A stretch of 41,624 nt of DNA from assembly GCA_031264045.1 (NCBI GenBank), contig JAISEQ010000352.1, forward strand, positions 1-41,624, written 5' to 3'. Origin of the DNA: Deltaproteobacteria bacterium. Its GTDB lineage: Bacteria > Desulfobacterota > Desulfarculia > Adiutricales > Adiutricaceae. Of the stretch, positions 33,705 to 41,067 are shown piece by piece; position 1 is the stretch's first letter, and each line of letters opens with the position of its first letter. Position numbers and translations under genes: made by a program. The notes beneath the pieces were generated by a model. It was not told the DNA's origin. It saw only the letters and a list, made by a program, of their open reading frames with translations, and searched no databases.

Positions 33705-36700
33705 CACAGGGCCTTCCCGGCGCTGAGGAGCCTGCGGGCGATGGCCTCCGCCCCGGAAAAGTCGGAGGAGTGCGCGAGCCCGGCGATCCTCCTGGCCTCG
33801 CGGCGGACAACCTCGGAGCTGGCCCCGGCGAGTATCCGGGGCACCGCCGCGTCCACCGCCTCCACGTCCCTGAGTTCCAGGGCCGCGTTCAGGCGCTCCA
33901 GCTCCTCAAAGAGCACGGCATGCCCCCCCAGCCCCGCGGACGGGAACGCCGCCGTGACGACCGAGGCCCGGTGCCCGGAAGCGTCGGACCGCGCCCCCTC
34001 CCGGGCCGGCGGCTCCAGGACGCCCGCCGACTCGGCCCCCTCCACGAGCCTCTCCAGCCGATCCCGGAACCCCGGGAGGCGGTGCCTTATGAAATGGTGA
34101 TCGGAGACCCTCCCCGCCTTCTCGAGCATGAGCGCCTCGCGCGAGAGCCCGAGGGCGCCGATGCGGGAGAGCCCCGTCTTCAGCGTGCGCGTGACGAAGG
34201 TGAACTCCGACATGGAGAAGGCGCGGGCGGCGTTTCCGCCCCCGCCTTCCGCCGCCGCGCCGTCAGGGGAGGCGCCGCCCTCCCCGTCCGGGCCGCCGGG
34301 TGAACCTGCCGGGCTTCCGGCCTCCTCGGCGTCCCCCCGGCCCGGCGGGAAAAAGGCGAGGCTGTCGGGTATGAAGCGGGTTACGGGCAGGCTCCCCGGA
34401 CCGGGGCTCCCGACGGGCGCCGCGAACGGGGCCAGGGAACGGTCGGCTGCGGGGGGCCTCGCGAGGTTTCCGAGGACGGCGCGGCAGTCCTCGGCGAAGA
34501 CCTTCAGGAAATCCATGTAGCGCCTGCCCGATCCGCCTGAGCGGGACAGCCCCGTCTCCAGTTCCACGCCGTCTATCGAAAGCGCCTCCAACTCCGGGAG
34601 CCCGCGGCGGGAGGCGGGGCGGACTCCCCCCCCCTCCGCGACCGCCCCGCCTCCGGCCGTGCCCCCCCCGTCCGCGCGGGCCGCGCCCGCGGCGGCCGGC
34701 ATCGCGGATCCCCCGGAAAGGCCCTTCGCCGCCGGGGAGCCTCCGCCGGACGCGGCGCCCGCCCCGTCCCCCGGCGCATGCCCGCCGCTCCAGGCGGAGC
34801 GTCCGAGAGCGGAGCCGGTCGAGACGGAGCGGCTCCACGCCTGCTCGTCGAAGGCGGCGCCTCCGGAGAACGCCCGGCTCCAGGCGGCGCGGACCTGGCC
34901 GTCCGTCGGCCCGCCCGAGCCGGTCACGAGGCAGTCGCCGAACTCCGCTCGGGGCACGGTCTTGGAACGCGGAATCCACCTGGCCAGGGCGTCGTCGAGC
35001 TCCGCCGGGTCCACCGGCTTGGCGATCGCCCCGCTGAAGCCGGCGCAGGTCAGCAGGTCCGCCTCGTCCTCGGCCCCCGGATCGGCCAGGGCCACCACGG
35101 GGAGCTTCCGGAAGCGGCCTCCCGGCGCCGAGCGGATGCGGCGGCAGATGCCGGCTCCCCCTATGCCCGCCATCACCTGGTCCAGGAGCACCAGATCGTA
35201 GTCGCGGAGGGCCAGCTTCTCCAGGGCCTCCTCCCCGGAGAGCGCCCCGTCGGCGGCTATGCCGTACGGCGCCAGCAGGGCGGCCACGGCATCCAGGACC
35301 TCCCGCGAGCCGCAGGCGGCGAGAACCCTGGCCTCGGGGGCCGTGAAGCCCGCCTCGGATCTGCCGCCCGCAGGGGCGGCGGAGAACAGTGGGCCCACCG
35401 GACGCCAGGAGGCGACCTTCTGGACCATCTCGGCGCGGAACACCGCCCCCACCCCGGCAGGTCCCGGACGCACGGTGAGCCCGCCCTTCAGGGCCCGGCA
35501 GACGCTGGCGGCCAGGGCCAGCCCCAGGCCCGCCCCGTCCGGGGGGAGGGCGGGGAGGGCGTCCTCGCTTTGCGGGGCGTCGTCCGAGGGGCGGAAGCCG
35601 CCGAAAAGCCTCTCGAGCTCCCCGGGGCCCATCACCGCCCCGGGCACCTCGGCCGTCAGGACGAGCCTCAGATCGTACCCCTCCGGCTCGGGCTCTATTG
35701 AGAACCTCACGAAGCCGCCCCTGGCGTTCCGGAGCGCCTGGCCCAGGAGGTTCAGCATGACGCGCCTGACGCGCCCCTCGTCCCCGACGAGAGTCTCCGG
35801 GAGATCGTGGCGGGCATCGACCAGGAGCTTCAGCGGGGCCGCGCCCAGCCCGGCCCGGACAACCGACACGGCGCCGCTTATGAGCCTGGCCGTCCCGTAG
35901 GGCGCCTCCTCGCCGCTGCGGTCGCCGGCCTCAAGGCGGGAGAACTCCAGTATGTCGTTTATGATGGACAGGAGCCCGGCCCCGGCGGTCTTGATGCCCT
36001 CCAGGTGCTCAAGCGCCTTGAGTTTCCCGTAGTCGCGGCGGGCGAGCTCGGAAAGGCCTATTATCGCGTTCATGGGGGTGCGGATCTCGTGCGACATGCC
36101 CGCCAGGAAGAGCGACTTGGACCGGTTGGCGGCATCGGCCAGCCTCGCCTCCCTCCTCCAGCCCATGAGACAGGCGAAGCCGGAGCACAGGAAGGCTATC
36201 AGCGCCACCGTCTGCACCCCGGACAGGGACCTCATGCCCACCAGCCACGACGGCAGCCCCGCGCCCCAGCTGGCTTCGGCGACCGCCACCGCCGCGGCTG
36301 CCCCCTCGGGCCCGAAGACCGGGGAGTAGGCGGCATAGCGGTTCTCGTCCCCCGACGCCCGGACATGCTCGGCCGGGACCTCCTGGCCGTCGAAGGCCCG
36401 TACGAGCCCCAGCCTCGCCGAAGAGTCGTAGAGCCCTCCGGGGGGCGCGATCCCGGACGGCCCTCCGGAGTCCGCCATGTACAGGACCGCCCCCTCCGCC
36501 AGGCGCAGGTAGCTGACCCTCAGATCCCCCCCGGCGAAGCCCTGCAGGTTCGCGCTCAGCCTCGCGAGCCCCTCGGGCGAGGGGTCGGGATCCGCGAGGT
36601 ACCCCTGAATCTCGTCCCTCGAGGCCAGGAAGGCGGCCTCCGCCGCCGCGGAGGCCAGATCCACCGCGAAGCTCTCGCGGTCCGAGGCTATGTAGTCGGA

Positions 36701-36862
36701 GATGAGCCCCCTGGTGTAGAGGGTGACGGCCAGGACGGCAGCCGCGGTGAACACGAACAGGAGCGCCCCGGAACCCCGCCTCGCGCGGCCCAGGGCGTCC
36801 CTCCAGGCCACCGGCGCCGGGCGGGCTGCCGCGCGCGCCCTGAATCCCGCCACGACGCTCAT
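33704..36862 (-). CDS. hybrid sensor kinase paralog (TM-Cache-like-TM-HisKA-degenerate HATPase-degenerate REC-HPt-like)
   Basis: Start set at ATG 36862 (GGTGG Shine-Dalgarno), just before the first TM segment (LLFVFTAAAVLAVTLY). The ORF-track start at 37174 adds 104 Arg/Pro-rich residues. H-box SHEIRTPMNAI is intact. See the findings for the degenerate N, G1, receiver and HPt positions. Confidence 0.85.
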   Translation of the reverse strand: MSVVAGFRARAAARPAPVAWRDALGRARRGSGALLFVFTAAAVLAVTLYTRGLISDYIASDRESFAVDLASAAAEAAFLASRDEIQGYLADPDPSPEGLARLSANLQGFAGGDLRVSYLRLAEGAVLYMADSGGPSGIAPPGGLYDSSARLGLVRAFDGQEVPAEHVRASGDENRYAAYSPVFGPEGAAAAVAVAEASWGAGLPSWLVGMRSLSGVQTVALIAFLCSGFACLMGWRREARLADAANRSKSLFLAGMSHEIRTPMNAIIGLSELARRDYGKLKALEHLEGIKTAGAGLLSIINDILEFSRLEAGDRSGEEAPYGTARLISGAVSVVRAGLGAAPLKLLVDARHDLPETLVGDEGRVRRVMLNLLGQALRNARGGFVRFSIEPEPEGYDLRLVLTAEVPGAVMGPGELERLFGGFRPSDDAPQSEDALPALPPDGAGLGLALAASVCRALKGGLTVRPGPAGVGAVFRAEMVQKVASWRPVGPLFSAAPAGGRSEAGFTAPEARVLAACGSREVLDAVAALLAPYGIAADGALSGEEALEKLALRDYDLVLLDQVMAGIGGAGICRRIRSAPGGRFRKLPVVALADPGAEDEADLLTCAGFSGAIAKPVDPAELDDALARWIPRSKTVPRAEFGDCLVTGSGGPTDGQVRAAWSRAFSGGAAFDEQAWSRSVSTGSALGRSAWSGGHAPGDGAGAASGGGSPAAKGLSGGSAMPAAAGAARADGGGTAGGGAVAEGGGVRPASRRGLPELEALSIDGVELETGLSRSGGSGRRYMDFLKVFAEDCRAVLGNLARPPAADRSLAPFAAPVGSPGPGSLPVTRFIPDSLAFFPPGRGDAEEAGSPAGSPGGPDGEGGASPDGAAAEGGGGNAARAFSMSEFTFVTRTLKTGLSRIGALGLSREALMLEKAGRVSDHHFIRHRLPGFRDRLERLVEGAESAGVLEPPAREGARSDASGHRASVVTAAFPSAGLGGHAVLFEELERLNAALELRDVEAVDAAVPRILAGASSEVVRREARRIAGLAHSSDFSGAEAIARRLLSAGKAL

Positions 36863-37043
36863 GGCGCCACCCCCCCGGCGGGCGGGGAGCCCGGCGGCCC
36901 GAAGTCCCGGCCTCCGAGGAAGGGGGCGAGGGGGGATCTCCCGGGCGAGGGGGCGCCGGAAGCCCGCGGCAGATCGCCCGGGCGCGGGCTCGGGAGGCCT
37001 TCCTTCGGCTTCCCGCGGGGATAGGCTGGGCCCGGTATCCGGC

Positions 37044-37088
37044 CTTGTGGTCCGTCGCCTTGTGGTCCGTCCACTTGTGGTCCGTCCA
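37044..37088. repeat. 15-bp tandem repeat x3 (minus-strand reading GGACGGACCACAAG)
   Basis: cttgtggtccgtcgc, cttgtggtccgtcca, cttgtggtccgtcca, starting at 37044, 37059 and 37074. Lies 182-226 nt upstream of the kinase start codon. Confidence 0.9.
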
Positions 37089-37704
37089 TGTGAAAACACC
37101 CTGGCGGCAGGCGGAGCCCGCCGCGTCAGCTGTCCCGCCGGGGCCGTACGGCCGCGGACGCGCAGGGGGCGCATGGGGATGCGCCCCGCTGTCCATGTTC
37201 AACCGCTTATGTTCAAGTTCGACCGCTAGATGAGATGCCACGGGGCAGGCCGCGCTCCCGGAGGCGCCGGCCCGGGGGCCCCGCTCGGCGCGGGGGCCGG
37301 GACGCAGGCGGGACGCGGCCCGGTCTTCGGAAAAGCCGGGGAGGGCAAGGACTGGATTCCGGAAGGTTCCGTGAGGCTGCGGGGAGCCGCGGCGGGGACG
37401 GAGGGCCAGGGAAAGGCCGACCGTGCCCCGTTCGGGACAGGCAAGGACAGGGGTTGCTGGGGCCGGGGCCCGAGGCGGGGATGGAACCGTGACGGCGGGG
37501 GAGCCCGGACGGGGTCCGGGAGTCGGGGACGGGGCGGCGGAGCCCGGAAGCGCGGCGGCGCGGGCATGAGGCCGCAGGGGGGAGGCGCGGGCCGGAGGGA
37601 CTGGAGTCCCCGAAAGCGGAGCGGACGGCCCCGGAAGGGACCGGGGTCAGGCGGACCGGGACTTCGCGCCGGGAAGCGGCATCCGCCGATGGAGGTTCAA
37701 ACGG

Positions 37705-37721
37705 GGGCGGCCGCGCCGCCC
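37705..37721 (-). terminator. GC hairpin with short U tract directly downstream of the strong promoter (attenuator or short RNA end?)
   Basis: GGGCGGC-gcg-GCCGCCC (perfect 7-bp stem) is followed on the minus strand by CCGTTTG. Lies about 20-40 nt downstream of the predicted TSS. Confidence 0.3.
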
Positions 37722-37748
37722 GGCTGGCTAAAATATGCAGTCATGCAA

Positions 37749-37777
37749 AGTATAGCGGCTGCCTGCCCCGATGTCAA
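37749..37777 (-). promoter_or_regulatory. near-consensus sigma70 promoter (TTGACA-17 nt-TATACT) firing leftward
   Basis: The minus strand reads TTGACA tcggggcaggcagccgc TATACT. The -35 lies at 37772-37777 and the -10 at 37749-37754. A very A/T-rich tract lies upstream (37800-37930). Confidence 0.6.
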
Positions 37778-38962
37778 CACATTTGCCGTGTTTTGAGGCC
37801 GGAGAGACCCGGGCGGTCAACGAAATTTGAAATAATATTCAAAAAAATAACAGAAAAAATACCCAAAATGAAAAAAATATCAGTGTTCCGCGATTGGGAG
37901 CACTCTTAATTTCTGCAAAAAACTTCTTATTCCATGATTTTTGATTTTTACCGGAAACTATCCTTCAGGACGACCGGAACGGGCGGGCGGGCAAACGAAA
38001 GAAAACGCCCAAAAAAGCAGAAACGGAAAGAGCAGAAGCGGAATGAAGAGGGAACTATCGGCTCCATAATGACATCGGTCTTGAAAAATGCAAGCTTCAG
38101 AAAGGCATGCCTTAAGCCTGAAAAACGCTAGCCGCAGAAAACCGGAGAAAGGAATGCAGAGAAAACAAGAGAGCAAATTATATATTGGCGCAAATATCGA
38201 ACCTCTTTCCTCATGGCGGAAAGCTCCCGCCGGAACGGAGAAGGGCATCCGCGGCCGCGCGAAATTTGTCCGCCGCAAAGCGAGCGGGCGGCCCCGCCGA
38301 ATGCCGGGCCCGCTTTCGGAACGGGACGCCCCCGGACCGGGCGCGATCCCGGCCGGAAGGGCTTCCTGAAACGCCGAACGGGATGGCCGTGCCTGCCGCC
38401 GCGCCTGGAGCCGGGCCTGCCGCCTGACGGGCCGTCCCATGCCCCGTGAGAACCCCGGCGGGCGCACGTCCGGCGGCCCGGACACGCGCGCCCCGCGACC
38501 GACCCTGCCGGGGGGCGACGGGGCCTCACGGCCGGCATGCGAATCCCCCGGCGGGGCGGAGGGCTTTTCCCGCCCCGGCCCCCCGGCGGCGGCCACAGGC
38601 GGGGGAGCCCGCACGGAGGGCTTTCGGCAAAACGCTCCCCGGCCTCGCGAAAGGCGGCGCCGCACCGGCGGACGCGGTGCCGCCCCAAGGAACACGGCGC
38701 CCCCCCATCCCTTCCTCGGACAGCTTCGGCTGACCGCGAGCCCCTCCGCCCCCGGGCGGGTCGTCCCCCAGCCGCGGGCACGGCCGGGAGAAGGAACATG
38801 CCGGCGCTTCCCGAAGAAACGCGGCGCCCCGTCCGGACCGCCTGCCGGGCGGTCCGCCGCCATCCGCCGGCGGCCACTCACGGCAGCCGGGAAGGGCCGG
38901 GGGGGATGCCTCCCCGAAGGTCGGGACGGAGGCCGCGCGAATGTCTCCGGACATCGCGCGTG

Positions 38963-38992
38963 TTGACTTGACGCGGCCAAAAAGCTTATAGT
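38963..38992 (+). promoter_or_regulatory. sigma70-like promoter candidate (TTGACT-18 nt-TATAGT) for the ABC transporter operon
   Basis: TTGACT at 38963-38968 and TATAGT at 38987-38992. This would give a leader of about 190 nt before ATG 39189. Confidence 0.4.
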
Positions 38993-39107
38993 TGCGGGGC
39001 AACATAGCCAAGGAAACCGGCCCCTTTACTGCACACCCGCCCCGCCGCGCCAGCGGGACGAACGGAGTTCTTCCGCCTTCTCCGGACCCCCAGAGCGGGA
39101 CGTCCAT

Positions 39108-39143
39108 AACCAAATCTTGAACGGAAACCAAATCTTGAACGGA
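39108..39143 (+). repeat. perfect 18-bp tandem duplication AACCAAATCTTGAACGGA x2 in the transporter leader
   Basis: Copies at 39108-39125 and 39126-39143 are identical. They lie 46-81 nt upstream of the binding-protein start. Confidence 0.9.
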
Positions 39144-39188
39144 GGTGCCGCAGGGCCCGCGCCAGGAAGCCACGCGGCTTAAGGAACA

Positions 39189-40142
39189 ATGAAAACTCTC
39201 CTCTGCCTAGCCCTCGCCTCGTGCGTCTCCGCATTCGGCCTTACAGCAGGCGCGGAAGCCTACACGGTCTCCATCAACCAGTTCGTCGAGCACCCGTCCC
39301 TGAACGAGGCCGTGCGCGGCTTCAAGGAGCAGCTGGCGGAACTGGGCGTGGAGGTCACCTACCACGAGCACAACGCCCAGGCCGACATGCCGACCGTCAC
39401 CCAGATAGTGAGCCAGATAGTGGACGAGAAGCCCGACCTGGTGCTCGCCGTGGCCACCCCCTCCGCACAGATCACCGCCCAGCGCATCAAGGACACGCCC
39501 ATCCTCTTCACCGCCGTCACCGACCCGGTGGACGCGAAGCTCGTGGCCTCCGCGGCGAGCCCCGGCGGGAACGTCACCGGCACCACGGATCTGAACCCCG
39601 TGGCAGCCCAGCTCGCGCTCATAAAGGAAATCCAACCGACCGCCAAGCGCATCGGGATCATCTACAATTCCGGCGAGAGCAACTCCGTCGTTCAGGTCGA
39701 GCTCGCCCGCCGCTCGGCCGCCGCGAACGGCCTGGAGCTCATCGAGGCCGTGACGGCCGACACCGCCGGCGTCATGCCCGCCGCCCAGAGCCTGGTGGGC
39801 AAGATCGACGCCTTCTACCTCCCCACCGACAACTCGGTCATCGCCAGCGTCGACTCCGTCATCAAGGTGAGCTTCGACCACAAGATACCCATCTATCCGG
39901 CGGAGGACGACTCCGTGCGCAAGGGCGGGGCGGCGGTCCTCTCGATAAGCTACTACCAGCTCGGCCGCCAGACCGGCCTCATGGCCGCCAAGATTCTCAG
40001 GGACGGCGTGAAGCCCTCCGCGCTTCCCGTCGAGGAGCAGACCGACTTCAACCTCATCATCAACACCGCCTACGCCGCCAAGGTGGGGCTCCAGATCCCC
40101 GCGGCGGTCCAGGCCAGGGCCAGCGAAACCATCGAAAAGTGA
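39189..40142 (+). CDS. ABC transporter substrate-binding protein, ABC_sub_bind/COG2984 family
   Basis: Signal peptide MKTLLCLALASCVSAFGLTAGAEA. Family pattern: INQFVEHPSLNEAVRGFKEQL, DLVLAVATPSAQ, PILFTAVTDPV, NVTGTTD, IGIIYNSGESNS, DAFYLPTDN. Confidence 0.9.
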   Translation: MKTLLCLALASCVSAFGLTAGAEAYTVSINQFVEHPSLNEAVRGFKEQLAELGVEVTYHEHNAQADMPTVTQIVSQIVDEKPDLVLAVATPSAQITAQRIKDTPILFTAVTDPVDAKLVASAASPGGNVTGTTDLNPVAAQLALIKEIQPTAKRIGIIYNSGESNSVVQVELARRSAAANGLELIEAVTADTAGVMPAAQSLVGKIDAFYLPTDNSVIASVDSVIKVSFDHKIPIYPAEDDSVRKGGAAVLSISYYQLGRQTGLMAAKILRDGVKPSALPVEEQTDFNLIINTAYAAKVGLQIPAAVQARASETIEK

Positions 40143-41038
40143 GCCTGTACGCCTTCTCCGGGGCCATAGAGCTCGGGCTCGTCTACGGCCTCATGGTCCT
40201 GGGCGTGTACCTGACCTTCAGGGTCCTGGACTTCCCGGATCTGACGGTGGACGGCAGCCTCACGCTGGGGGCCGCCGTGTCCGCCATCTGCGTCTCCAAG
40301 GGTCTCAACCCGTTCCTGGCGCTCATCCCCGCCATGGCGGCCGGCTTTCTGGCCGGGACGGTCACGGGCCTGCTCACGACCAAGCTCGGGATCCTGCACC
40401 TCCTGAGCTCCATCCTCACCATGACCGCGCTCTACAGCGTGAACATCCGGGTCATGGGAGGGAGGCCGAACATAGCGCTCATCGGCAAGAGCACGGTGTT
40501 CGACCCGATACGGGCGCTGAACGTCCCGCCCTACCTCGCCGCGAACATCTTCTTCGTCATCCTGGTGGTCGCGGTCATATCGATGCTCATCTGGCTCATC
40601 CGAACGGAGTACGGCCAGGCGCTCCTGGCCACGGGCGCGAACCCCAAGATGATAACCAGCCTGGGCGTCAACACCCACTTCACCATCATAACCGGAGTCG
40701 GCATCTCCAACGCCCTGGTGGCGCTCTCGGGGGCGCTGATAGCCCAGAACCAGGGCGTTGCCGACGTGGGCATGGGCGTGGGCACGATAGTCGCCGGCCT
40801 CGCCTCCATAGTGGTGGGCGAGACCCTCTTCAACAGCCGCCGCATCACGACCGTAATCGTATCCGTCGTGCTCGGCTCGGTCATCTACCGCCTGGCCATC
40901 GCGGCCGCCCTGAGCTTCAGGGTGTTCCGGCCCTCGGATCTGAAGCTTCTCACCGCGACCCTGGTCGTGTGCGCCCTGATCGTGCCCCGTCTCCGCCAGA
41001 CGCTGCGCGAGAAGCGCCGGAGCGGGGAGAATGGCTAG
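40139..41038 (+). CDS. ABC transporter permease (COG4120-type partner of COG2984 systems)
   Basis: GTG 40139 overlaps the binding-protein stop (GTGA). Multi-pass membrane protein (AIELGLVYGLMVLGVYLTFRVLDFPDLTVDGSLTLGAAV...). Confidence 0.88.
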   Translation: MSLYAFSGAIELGLVYGLMVLGVYLTFRVLDFPDLTVDGSLTLGAAVSAICVSKGLNPFLALIPAMAAGFLAGTVTGLLTTKLGILHLLSSILTMTALYSVNIRVMGGRPNIALIGKSTVFDPIRALNVPPYLAANIFFVILVVAVISMLIWLIRTEYGQALLATGANPKMITSLGVNTHFTIITGVGISNALVALSGALIAQNQGVADVGMGVGTIVAGLASIVVGETLFNSRRITTVIVSVVLGSVIYRLAIAAALSFRVFRPSDLKLLTATLVVCALIVPRLRQTLREKRRSGENG

Positions 41039-41067
41039 ACGCCCCGAGACGCATGAGGGGCCCGGAA

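Noticed and set aside
37958-38980. 340-aa and 249-aa minus-strand ORFs and several + ORFs in 38.1-39.0 kb. Also the 65-aa Lys/Arg-rich ORF 37934..38131 produced by the purine-rich tract.
   Set aside because: These have the same shadow-ORF character. The Lys/Arg-rich peptide simply mirrors the A/G-rich DNA. There is no supporting signal.
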